From the IMG/VR virus record IMGVR_UViG_3300031949_000053, positions 1 through 52,622 of that record: a stretch of 52,622 bases of DNA; one strand, written 5' to 3'. Made by a program: the position numbers and the translations under genes. Every line of letters starts with the position of its first letter. Within the stretch, counting starts at the first letter, position 1. Under the pieces are notes generated by a model. The model was not told the DNA's origin and did not search any database. It worked only from the letters and a program-made list of their open reading frames with translations. Source of the DNA: a virus (Duplodnaviria; Caudoviricetes). This document shows positions 9,456 to 17,579 of the stretch, in pieces.

Positions 9456-10288
9456 CGGCCCCCATCCAACTTCAGGTCCCCGTGGGGTGCGTGGTCGTGA
9501 CCACCTACGGGACCATTCAGTTCGAGACCGTGCAGGCCCTCGGCGAGATGCGGTCCACGGTCGAGGTGCAGGGCCTCCGGTTCCCGTGGAACTTCGTCCC
9601 CGGATCGCTCGTGGACCGAGCCCGAAACCAAGCCGTCGCGCAGTTCCTACAGCACCCCCAGAAGCTCGGCTGGCTCCTGTTCGTGGACGGTGATGCCGTC
9701 TTCCAACCCGACGCCCTGACTCGCCTCCTGATGACGGCCTACAGGGACCATCCCGAAGCGGATGCGGTGGGCGGGTACTGTACGCTGCGGGGCGACCCCT
9801 ACCTGCCGACGATTGACACGGGGACGGGGACATGGGAATCCGTCTTGCCGGGGCAGGGGGCGATGGAGGTAATGCGGACGGGTTCGGCGTTTGTCCTGCT
9901 CAAGCGGCACGTCTTTGAGAAGGTGCCGGGACCGTGGTACGGGACGCGAAACCCGATGCGCCCGATTGATGCCTTGGCCGAGGTAGACAACTTTGCGCGC
10001 ACACGCTTCGACGGCCAGAACCCGCTGTCCGAGACGCCGGAATGGCAGACGCTCGTCCAGTGCGCGAAGGACGATCCGTCAAGCCGTGTCCCGCCCGATA
10101 CCTCGGCGTTCGTGGGCGAGGACTCCAACTGGTGCGACACCATGCGGTTCCACGGGCTCCGCGTCTTCGTGGACACGGGCGTCGAGGTACATCACGTGGA
10201 CCGCGCCATTCGGAGCGCCGCCGACCACCGCCGCGTGATGGAGGAACGGGACAGTCTCATGCGTAAGTTCGTGGGGGCGATGAAGTGA
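9452..10288 (+). CDS. GT2-like glycosyltransferase
   Basis: ARNQAV, LLFVDGD (DxD), GSAFVLL and GEDSNWC motifs. Confidence 0.85.
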   Translation: MTAPIQLQVPVGCVVVTTYGTIQFETVQALGEMRSTVEVQGLRFPWNFVPGSLVDRARNQAVAQFLQHPQKLGWLLFVDGDAVFQPDALTRLLMTAYRDHPEADAVGGYCTLRGDPYLPTIDTGTGTWESVLPGQGAMEVMRTGSAFVLLKRHVFEKVPGPWYGTRNPMRPIDALAEVDNFARTRFDGQNPLSETPEWQTLVQCAKDDPSSRVPPDTSAFVGEDSNWCDTMRFHGLRVFVDTGVEVHHVDRAIRSAADHRRVMEERDSLMRKFVGAMK

Positions 10289-10440
10289 AGACCGCGTTCG
10301 ATTACGGCGATCTCGAACAAGTGGCCGAGCGGGTGATGGCCCTAGTGTATGAGCACGCCGAAGAACTCCAATGGGAGCCGAGTTGGAACAAAAGCCGTAT
10401 CCTGACCGACGCGGTGCAGTCGGTCGTGTTCCCCGAGTGA
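10285..10440 (+). CDS. Small hypothetical protein (51 aa)
   Basis: GTGA-coupled ORF VKTAFDYGDLEQ...VVFPE. Confidence 0.45.
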   Translation: MKTAFDYGDLEQVAERVMALVYEHAEELQWEPSWNKSRILTDAVQSVVFPE

Positions 10441-10613
10441 CTTCTGGGGTCACGTGTGGATGTTGCACGGGCTACGGCGGGCCGAGCGGGCGGGAGTATG
10501 TCAACCAGTGGCTCGTGTTCTCCGGGCGCTCGTCGGCCTACTGTGCGAACTGCGGGGTATCCTATGTATGGATGCCTTCACCCGCTGTCCGGAATGCGTT
10601 ATCTTCTAGGTAG
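10437..10613 (+). CDS. Small Cys-rich (Zn-ribbon-like) protein
   Basis: CGCC and CANC motifs; GTGA coupling. Confidence 0.4.
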   Translation: MTSGVTCGCCTGYGGPSGREYVNQWLVFSGRSSAYCANCGVSYVWMPSPAVRNALSSR

Positions 10614-10620
10614 TCGGCCT

Positions 10621-10733
10621 CGTGGCCTCACAACGGTTTGAGGGGCAGTCGGCGCGGCCCTGGCTGTAACGCCAGCATGACGTATCTCTGCCGCACCACC
10701 GAATTGCCCCTCACCCTCTCTCGGTGAGGCACG
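10621..10733 (+). ncRNA. Putative structured RNA (nested stems) ending at the tail-nozzle start codon
   Basis: 10621-10631 pairs with 10724-10733; 10639-10658 pairs with 10690-10713; inner hairpin ctggc-tgtaac-gccag. Confidence 0.55.
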
Positions 10734-12398
10734 ATGGCGTTCGGTACTCCGCTTGATCCCAACACCGCACCACCGAAGCCCGCGAAGGGCGGGGTCAACC
10801 CGCGCTACGGCGAGGCCGTACAGATGGGACCGCCCGCGAGCAAGGCGGCCGTGTTGCGTTCCGTGGCGTTGGGATACACGTCAGGTGCCGAAGCCCCGCA
10901 GCTCCCGCCCGGTGTGTCCAGTCGGGGAAGCAACTTCATTGGGGTGGGGGGCGGCCTCGTGCCGCGTCCCGGCCTGCGTTCGCTCGGCACGCCGGGGAGT
11001 TCCTTCACCTACGATCCTCCGACGTGGATTGGGCAACTCGACACAGTAGTTGTGGCCCTAGGCATGAATCCCATGCGTGCCGCTAGTGCCATCACCCAAT
11101 GGAGCCTGCTGTCGTATTTCAGTAGCACCTACACCACCGGGACGCTTTTCGGGGCGATGGATAACGGGTACTATTCCGCAACCCCGTACTATCATCCAAC
11201 GACCGACCGCAACGAACTGTTGATTTCCAACGTTCAGGGGTTTACGGGCTCCGATACTTGGACGTATAGTCCCAGCTCCTCTTCTGACGCTCTCGCCTAT
11301 TCCACCATGACCAGGACTGGAGCTACCCTCCGGGGCGGGTACGTTGTCTACTTTGACGACAGGCTCGTTTTCGCACGGGACGCAGAGGTTGAGTGGAGTA
11401 CCCGTGGAGCGCCGGAAACCTACACAACCCCGGACGGTGGCGTCGAACTGCTCTCAAATGCGCGGGGTGGAGGCATCACGGGACTCTTCGTGGACGGAGA
11501 CCGCCTGCTGGTACTGTTCCGCGATCAGGTGTGGGTAGGGTACAAGGCGCCGTTCCCGTTCAACTTCCAGTTCACCCTCCTGTCCGGGGAGGTTGGGTGT
11601 ATGGCGCCCAGAAGTGCGGCGCAAACACCGCACGGAATTGTGTTCCTCGGGTCAGACTACAACCTGTGGGTTATCCCGTCCGGGGGAGCGCCGAAACTGT
11701 TTTCGGATGATGTGTCGGCCCTTCTCAACGAGCAACTGACGGGTGACTGGTTTGGAAGGGCCTTCGCGAACGACGCGGCTGGCGGATGGCACGACGAACT
11801 CAACGCCTATATCCTGTCATGGATGGACGGGAACTTTAAGGCGCAGGGGCTTGCGGTACGCCTGACGGGCCGGGGCGTCGAGTGGAATCCGCTCAGCTTT
11901 GACGTGCAGTCCGCCAACTCGTGGCACATCCGCTGCTTCGGCCAGCTTTCCACGAGCACCAAGTTCAATATCGGCAACTATGGCCGTGGGCGACTGGTGG
12001 GAGCCAGTAGCCTTCGGTCGGGTAGTACGATGTCCACGGGCGACCTTTTCGAGTTCACTTCTTTGGCGACGGATGATCTCGGAAGCCGTATCAGTTGTAC
12101 GCGGTTTGTTATCGTTCCCAACGATAACCCGTCTGAGCGGCAGATCGTGCGGGAACTGCGCCTTGATTACCGTTGCGATTCGGCGTCGTCCCTGTCGGTA
12201 CGCATGACCCCGGATTTCGGAACGACCTATCCGGTGAGCGTGAACGTGGCGCTTCCCCCCGCGCCGCTTTCGGCACAGACCGCCATCCACGTTTCCATCA
12301 GCGCGGCCTATCCTGGTATCGAGCTTCGGCACGATTCGGGGCACACGTTCGCCCTCCAAGGGTTGACGGCGATTGTGGAGAGCGGCGGCAATGGCTAA
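10734..12398 (+). CDS. Tail nozzle / DNA stabilisation protein (P22 gp10 / T7 gp12-like)
   Basis: Beta-propeller-like 554 aa; LVPRPGL and GCMAPRSAAQTPHGIVFLG motifs; position in the tail module. Confidence 0.75.
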   Translation: MAFGTPLDPNTAPPKPAKGGVNPRYGEAVQMGPPASKAAVLRSVALGYTSGAEAPQLPPGVSSRGSNFIGVGGGLVPRPGLRSLGTPGSSFTYDPPTWIGQLDTVVVALGMNPMRAASAITQWSLLSYFSSTYTTGTLFGAMDNGYYSATPYYHPTTDRNELLISNVQGFTGSDTWTYSPSSSSDALAYSTMTRTGATLRGGYVVYFDDRLVFARDAEVEWSTRGAPETYTTPDGGVELLSNARGGGITGLFVDGDRLLVLFRDQVWVGYKAPFPFNFQFTLLSGEVGCMAPRSAAQTPHGIVFLGSDYNLWVIPSGGAPKLFSDDVSALLNEQLTGDWFGRAFANDAAGGWHDELNAYILSWMDGNFKAQGLAVRLTGRGVEWNPLSFDVQSANSWHIRCFGQLSTSTKFNIGNYGRGRLVGASSLRSGSTMSTGDLFEFTSLATDDLGSRISCTRFVIVPNDNPSERQIVRELRLDYRCDSASSLSVRMTPDFGTTYPVSVNVALPPAPLSAQTAIHVSISAAYPGIELRHDSGHTFALQGLTAIVESGGNG

Positions 12399-12666
12399 CG
12401 GTAACGTTCCACAGCGTATCTACTACCCCCCGCCGTCGGCGGCGACCGGGGAACTGTATCGGTTTCTCGTAACGGTCGCGGGTGTTCTCAACGCCATCCC
12501 GACGTTTTCCTATACGTCCTACGACGGTGGCCCCAACTCCAATCTCACGGGCAACGCGGGCGACATCTGCATCAACATCGTCACGAGCGCCCAGACCAAA
12601 CGCCTCTATGTGAAGGAACTCGGCTCCGGCAACACGGGCTGGGTATCCTTCTCCACGACCCCATGA
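12391..12666 (+). CDS. Small tail-associated protein
   Basis: GDICIN...LYVKELGSGNTGW fibre-like motif. Confidence 0.55.
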   Translation: MANGNVPQRIYYPPPSAATGELYRFLVTVAGVLNAIPTFSYTSYDGGPNSNLTGNAGDICINIVTSAQTKRLYVKELGSGNTGWVSFSTTP

Positions 12667-12860
12667 GGTACCTTGTCGCCGTGCTTCTGCTGGTGGGCTG
12701 CGCGTCGGCGCCGCGATGCGAGCGGTGGTACTACCATCCCGTGACAGACTCCACGGGTGCGACACGGCTTGTGATAACATGTAGCCCAACTTCTCCGCTG
12801 GCACATCTGACAGGGTTAAACTCGGGCGTTGAGCCCGCTACATTGCAGAGGGTTCCATGA
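12663..12860 (+). CDS. Small lipoprotein (possible o-spanin)
   Basis: Signal peptide with lipobox LVGC; adjacent to lysis genes. Confidence 0.5.
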   Translation: MRYLVAVLLLVGCASAPRCERWYYHPVTDSTGATRLVITCSPTSPLAHLTGLNSGVEPATLQRVP

Positions 12861-13075
12861 CTGAGGCGTCCATGACGGATTTCGATGAACTGCGGGAGCA
12901 CATCATGCGCTCGCTGGAACGGATTGAAGGCAAACTCGACCGGCACGCAGGCGACATGACGGTGTTTCGCGAGCGACTGGTACGGGTGGAGACCAAATCG
13001 GTGTTCTATGGTGCCGTGGCCGCCATCATCATCGCGCCCATCGTGACCGCCATTGTCGTGGAGTTGCTGAAGTGA
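12857..13075 (+). CDS. Holin-like membrane protein (coiled coil plus C-terminal TM)
   Basis: LERIEGKLD...LVRVE followed by one hydrophobic helix. Confidence 0.55.
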   Translation: MTEASMTDFDELREHIMRSLERIEGKLDRHAGDMTVFRERLVRVETKSVFYGAVAAIIIAPIVTAIVVELLK

Positions 13076-13305
13076 TCCCGCCCGTTAAGCGGCGCGAGAA
13101 GCGCAACCGCACAGTCCTCGGGGCACTCGTCTTCCTTGGCGCGTTCGTCCTTCCGCAACTCGGGTTCCCATATTGGGCCGCCCTTGCCGTGGCCGGGTTT
13201 GGGGCTCATGTGGCCAGCCGCGAACTCCTCAAGGACTACGCGACAACGTTGGCGAAGTTCATCCGGGCTGTCGTGGGCAAAAATGGGGCTCCGCATGCTG
13301 ATTGA
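13072..13305 (+). CDS. Putative holin (2 TM)
   Basis: Two hydrophobic segments; directly upstream of the endolysin candidate. Confidence 0.55.
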   Translation: MIPPVKRREKRNRTVLGALVFLGAFVLPQLGFPYWAALAVAGFGAHVASRELLKDYATTLAKFIRAVVGKNGAPHAD

Positions 13306-13690
13306 CGTGAAACGCAAGACCTTCACGGACACTTCAACCGTCGGGGAGCTGTGGGCGGATGGGAAGTTCGTCTGCTACACCTTGGAGGATAAGGTGCGCC
13401 CCGTGAAGGTGTACGGGGAAACCGCCATCCCCGCTGGAACATACCCGATTGTGGTGACATTCTCGGAGCGATTCAAGCGCGACATGCCTCTCGTGCAGCA
13501 CGTGCCCAACTTCGCCGGGATTCGGATTCATGCCGGGAACACGGCCAGGGACACCCGCGGCTGTATTCTCGTCGGACTTCAGCGGGGGAAGGACACCGTA
13601 CTCAGGAGTCGGGACGCCTATAGGGTTGTACTCGGTCTTATCCGCTCGGCTATCGGCAAGGGCGAGAAGGTCACGCTGACTATCGCTTGA
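13295..13690 (+). CDS. DUF5675-family putative endolysin
   Basis: CYTLED, TAIPAGTY and IRIHAGNTARDTRGCILVG motifs. Confidence 0.8.
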   Translation: MLIDVKRKTFTDTSTVGELWADGKFVCYTLEDKVRPVKVYGETAIPAGTYPIVVTFSERFKRDMPLVQHVPNFAGIRIHAGNTARDTRGCILVGLQRGKDTVLRSRDAYRVVLGLIRSAIGKGEKVTLTIA

Positions 13691-13715
13691 CAGTGTTGTG
13701 ACGGTGTTGCATCCT
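13687..13715 (+). promoter_or_regulatory. Sigma70-like promoter with degenerate TGTCGTGACA operator
   Basis: TTGACA-N17-CATCCT; spacer nearly identical to the 7378 element. Confidence 0.65.
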
Positions 13716-13764
13716 ACGGGCCATGTGGCGCACCAAGCGGTCACGTCAGCGGAAGCGGAATCGG

Positions 13765-13866
13765 GGAAACGCGAGTTCGACTCTCGCCGGGGCTAGGGTT
13801 GCTCCCAGACCCGTAGTTCAGCATGGTGGGCAAGGGACTGTACGGCCCTACCTGTCAGGAGAACGC
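13765..13866 (+). ncRNA. Circularly permuted tRNA-Tyr(GTA)-like RNA
   Basis: T-arm GCGAG-TTCGACT-CTCGC (13771-13787), then 3' acceptor strand CGGGGCT-A, linker hairpin, 5' acceptor strand AGACCCG, TA, D-arm GTTC-AGCATGGT-GGGC, anticodon arm AGGGA-CTGTACG-GCCCT and variable arm. Confidence 0.65.
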
Positions 13867-13991
13867 CCCAGCTCCCCCAAGGCGATGCGTGGGATGATGT
13901 CGAGACTTGTGTTCTCGTCACACCCGACCATCGAATACGTGGGACCGTGGCCCGTTATCTCGTCTAGGACAACTTTCATGGTGCGTTCTTG

Positions 13992-14615
13992 GTGAGCGTC
14001 GCGTGCGTTATCGCCACGAGCGCTCTTGCCCCCCATGCCTCGGTTGTCCGGTCCTCGGGTGGGGTGCCGTACAGCCAGCGGGCGTGGCTCCTGCGCAACC
14101 TGATTCTCCCTACCTACCGTTGGTCGGGTATCTTCTCCGAAGTCGTGGTCGTGGGAGAATGGGAGCCCTCGCCCGGCTGTACGGTTGTGCCGTTCGATTC
14201 CGTCTATCGCAACTGTGCCGATGCGCTGCTCAAGCGACAGGCGGGGTTCGACGCGCTGAAGCGCAAGGATGTGGAGTGGGTGTTGTTCCAGCACGATGAC
14301 CACGTCTACGACCCGACGAACGCCTACCCGGTCGGAGACTGTGACGTGATCGCGCCGGGACGGTACACCCATGCCCGGAACGCAATGGGCGAGCCGTTAA
14401 ACGACGGGAGCGCCTACGGCTATGTGAACGGGCATGCCTGCCTGATGCGCCCCGACTGCTTCCTCAAACACGGCTTCCGCTGGGACACGATTGCGCCAGT
14501 CTTCGAATGGGACATGGAAATGACCAAGCGTCTCGACGCACTGCAACTGACGTGGCTCTACGAGCCTGGTCTGAAGACGTGGGATGTCGAGATCGGAGCG
14601 CAGCCGTGGCTGTAG
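13992..14615 (+). CDS. Putative GT-A-fold glycosyltransferase
   Basis: WVLFQHDDHVY (DxD-like) motif; first gene of the sugar cluster. Confidence 0.5.
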   Translation: MSVACVIATSALAPHASVVRSSGGVPYSQRAWLLRNLILPTYRWSGIFSEVVVVGEWEPSPGCTVVPFDSVYRNCADALLKRQAGFDALKRKDVEWVLFQHDDHVYDPTNAYPVGDCDVIAPGRYTHARNAMGEPLNDGSAYGYVNGHACLMRPDCFLKHGFRWDTIAPVFEWDMEMTKRLDALQLTWLYEPGLKTWDVEIGAQPWL

Positions 14616-15562
14616 GCGTCTATGCGCCCGAACGGGTGTTGGTTACCGGGGGAGCAGGCTTCATCGGCCGTCATCTCGTCCGCAGGCTCATCAAGGACGG
14701 ACATCAGGTGACGATCGTGGATTCGCTCGACGCTCGGGTCCATCCGAGCGAGACCCTGCCCGCCTTCCCCGATGGGGTTGGGTTTGTCCGGTGCATGGTA
14801 GATGCCATCCCCTACAGCGTGCGCCGCGAACAGGACCGGGTGATTCACCTTGCTGCGCAAGTCTCGGTCGCGGATAGTATGACGGACTACCGCAGATACG
14901 TGGACCAGAACACCTACCAGACAGCCACGTTTCTCCAAGACATGCGGTGCAACCCTGATCTCAAGCGGCTCGTGGTGGCTTCGTCCATGTCGGTCTACGG
15001 GGACGGGGGGCCGAGGGTCCACGAACAGGCGCCTTGCGTCCCGACCTCCGTCTACGGCCTGACCAAGTACGACCAGGAACGGCTCTGTCTGATGTGGGGC
15101 GAGAGTCAGATGCGGCAGACGCTCGCGCTCCGGTTCTTCAACGTCTACGGACCCGAACAGGCGTTGCACAACGGATATACCGGGGTACTGGCGAACTTCG
15201 CGAACAAACTGCTCCACGACGAGGCCCCGGTCATCTTCGAGGACGGAAGCCAGACACGCGATTTCGTCTACGTTGGCGATGTGGTGGATGCGGTCATCCG
15301 GGCGGCGTTCGGGGATGTCCGCGCGCACGGGGCCTACAACATCTGCACGGGGTATCCGACCACCATCCTCTATGCCGCGACGGCACTCGCGCGGGCTCTC
15401 GGAAAGGGGCACATCGAACCGCACATCACGAGGAAGTGCCGAGACGGGGACATCAAGCACTGCACGGGCGATCCCTACCGGACCTCGGCCCATCTTGGGT
15501 GGACGAGTATGGTGCCGTTCGACCTTGGGGTTCGGGAGTACGCCAAGTGGCTTCTCCAGTAG
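14606..15562 (+). CDS. NAD-dependent nucleotide-sugar epimerase/dehydratase
   Basis: VTGGAGFIG, HLAA, SSMSVYG, YGLTK, RFFNVYGP and RDFVYV motifs. Confidence 0.93.
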   Translation: MAVGVYAPERVLVTGGAGFIGRHLVRRLIKDGHQVTIVDSLDARVHPSETLPAFPDGVGFVRCMVDAIPYSVRREQDRVIHLAAQVSVADSMTDYRRYVDQNTYQTATFLQDMRCNPDLKRLVVASSMSVYGDGGPRVHEQAPCVPTSVYGLTKYDQERLCLMWGESQMRQTLALRFFNVYGPEQALHNGYTGVLANFANKLLHDEAPVIFEDGSQTRDFVYVGDVVDAVIRAAFGDVRAHGAYNICTGYPTTILYAATALARALGKGHIEPHITRKCRDGDIKHCTGDPYRTSAHLGWTSMVPFDLGVREYAKWLLQ

Positions 15563-16086
15563 AGGAAGCGATTGCCAAGGGCAACGCCATCCTCCCGCCG
15601 TTCGATGGGGATGCGTGCGACATGAAAACGCTCACGATGCTCTTGGCCTTCGTGATTCACGAAGCGCCACGGGTTGTGGTGGAGGCGGGGACGTATCAGG
15701 GACACTTCGCGATTCAGACGGGTGGGATACTTAAGGCGTATGACTATGCAGGCCGAGTATGGACCGCTGATCCCGTGGATCATGGCGTCGCCCAGCGTAT
15801 CGTGGACGCCGGGCTGGCGGGACGAGTCTACTATCACCAGTCCACGTTCGAGGACCTGCTGACCGTGGTCCCGGCCCCGATTGACCTTGCCTTCATTGAC
15901 GCGACCGAGCCTGACGGCGACCCGCTGATGCGACTCAAGCATGTCTCGGCGGTACTTCCCCTGATGCGACCCGGCGGGCTGGTCGTGGTGGACGACACGA
16001 AGGCGGACTGGCACGGCGTCGAGACGATTCGGGCGATGGGCATGACGCTCGGCGGCGCGCGGGGACTGACGGTGATTCGTGCCTAA
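15547..16086 (+). CDS. Class I SAM methyltransferase (Methyltransf_24-like)
   Basis: VVEAGTYQG, DLAFID and LMRPGGLVVVDD motifs. Confidence 0.85.
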   Translation: MASPVEEAIAKGNAILPPFDGDACDMKTLTMLLAFVIHEAPRVVVEAGTYQGHFAIQTGGILKAYDYAGRVWTADPVDHGVAQRIVDAGLAGRVYYHQSTFEDLLTVVPAPIDLAFIDATEPDGDPLMRLKHVSAVLPLMRPGGLVVVDDTKADWHGVETIRAMGMTLGGARGLTVIRA

Positions 16087-16495
16087 GTGTTACGTCGGGG
16101 GGAGCTTCGATCTCTTCCATCGCGGGCACGTCGAGGTTTTGCGGCAAGCGTCGCGGTTCGGGAAGATCATCGCTGCGGTCAACGCGGATGCGTTCCACCA
16201 GTTCTATCGCGGGCGCCCGCCGATTGTCAGCGAGCAGGACCGGCTCGCGGTCGTGATGGCCTGTCGCTACGTCAGCCACGCCTTTCTCGTGCCCTCGCAC
16301 GATAAGCAGCGGGACATCATCAAGGCGTGGAGCCCGACGTACATCATCCACGGTGACGACTGGACGGGCGATTCCCTTCTGGCGCAGTTGGGGATTGACC
16401 AAGCGTTTCTGGACGAGTACGCCATCGAGATGCGCTATGTCCCCTACACGAAGGGCATTTCCTCGTCCGCGATTCGCGAACGGCTCAACGCATGA
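16079..16495 (+). CDS. Cytidylyltransferase (TagD-like, HxGH)
   Basis: GSFDLFHRGH, HGDDW and YTKGISSS motifs. Confidence 0.9.
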   Translation: MPKCYVGGSFDLFHRGHVEVLRQASRFGKIIAAVNADAFHQFYRGRPPIVSEQDRLAVVMACRYVSHAFLVPSHDKQRDIIKAWSPTYIIHGDDWTGDSLLAQLGIDQAFLDEYAIEMRYVPYTKGISSSAIRERLNA

Positions 16496-17055
16496 TCGCG
16501 ATTGCCCACCATCCCGTGCCCGAGACCGACTGGCTGACGCCGTGTGCGACGTCGTGCCAGCGGTATCTGCCACAGGAGGAACTGACGGTCTGCCAGACCC
16601 CGCACTACGAGACCGGGGCGTGGTGGCAGGCATGGAGAGACTGTCCCAAGGCCGAGCGGTTCTACTGCCTGCACGATTCGACCGTGCTCCAGGGAACGCC
16701 GCCGTTCTACGCGCCGGTGACCGTTGTGGGGTACATGGAGATATGGGAAGGATGCTCGTCGGAACACATCGCATGGGTGCGGAACGCGGTGCGCCCCATC
16801 ATCGGCGACGTGGACGAGCCCTTCACGGCGGTTCACGGCTCCATGTTCTTCTGTGAACGCGCTGTACTCGATGCACTGGATGATGCGGGGTGGTCGTCCA
16901 TCCTGCCCACGAACAAGTTCGAGTCACAGTGCATGGAGCGGGTCTGGGGACTGGCCTTCCAGAGCCTCGGCCTCGAACCCGTGTCGCTGGGTCGGGGCGA
17001 GGACTGCTATCGAGAGGATGCTATCGTGCGGAAGTTTTCGGGACGACGGACGTGA
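16492..17055 (+). CDS. Hypothetical glycan-biosynthesis protein
   Basis: YETGAW, CLHDS and ERVWG resemble GT/rhamnan-synthesis-like proteins; cluster context. Confidence 0.45.
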   Translation: MIAIAHHPVPETDWLTPCATSCQRYLPQEELTVCQTPHYETGAWWQAWRDCPKAERFYCLHDSTVLQGTPPFYAPVTVVGYMEIWEGCSSEHIAWVRNAVRPIIGDVDEPFTAVHGSMFFCERAVLDALDDAGWSSILPTNKFESQCMERVWGLAFQSLGLEPVSLGRGEDCYREDAIVRKFSGRRT

Positions 17056-17579
17056 TAGACCTGTCCATGTATCGGGATGGCTCGACGGAACCTTGGGTGG
17101 TGGACATTCTGTGTGCCCTGGTGCGCGCGATAAAGCCGACCACGATTGTCGAGACCGGTACCTACAAGGCGATGACGACCATCAAGCTCATCGAAGCGGC
17201 TGAGTCCTATCAGGATGAGCATGATTGTCGCATCTACACCATCGAATCAGACCTTGAGCGGGCGCGGGCGGCCGAGACGCTGTTGCGAACGCAGGACAGG
17301 GGCTACGCGACAGTTGTCGTAGGGATGGCAGAACAGGTTCTAGCCGGGATGGATATGGGTGTGGTGGATTTCATCTTTCTGGATGACGACCATACCGCTG
17401 CGCATGTGCGCGAGGAGATTCGGCTGGCGCTCAAGATTCTCCGGCCCGGCGGGATCGTCTGTGGCCATGACGTGGTCGGGCATTTCGGGTTGGGCGACGT
17501 GTTCAAGGAATACGGCGGGGTCGTGCTTGACCTTCCTCGCCTTCATCTCGCAGGCGGACTGGGAATCGTGGTTAAATGA
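17052..17579 (+). CDS. Class I SAM methyltransferase (Methyltransf_24-like)
   Basis: IVETGTY, DFIFLDDDH and LRPGGIVCGHD motifs. Confidence 0.85.
   Translation: MIDLSMYRDGSTEPWVVDILCALVRAIKPTTIVETGTYKAMTTIKLIEAAESYQDEHDCRIYTIESDLERARAAETLLRTQDRGYATVVVGMAEQVLAGMDMGVVDFIFLDDDHTAAHVREEIRLALKILRPGGIVCGHDVVGHFGLGDVFKEYGGVVLDLPRLHLAGGLGIVVK

Noticed and set aside
13719-13795. Ordinary linear tRNA using GGCCATG as the 5' acceptor strand
   Set aside because: The acceptor pairing is weaker (two G:U pairs and one mismatch) and no anticodon stem can form; the downstream AGACCCG pairs better
13771-13990. Two-piece tmRNA
   Set aside because: No G3:U70 alanine identity, no CCA, a real D-stem and anticodon arm are present, and there is no evident tag ORF
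7417-17579. Captured host LPS/capsule locus or serotype-conversion cassette
   Set aside because: The genes are interleaved and translationally coupled with virion genes under phage-type promoters, with no Wzx/Wzy/GtrA-like membrane components; not fully excluded
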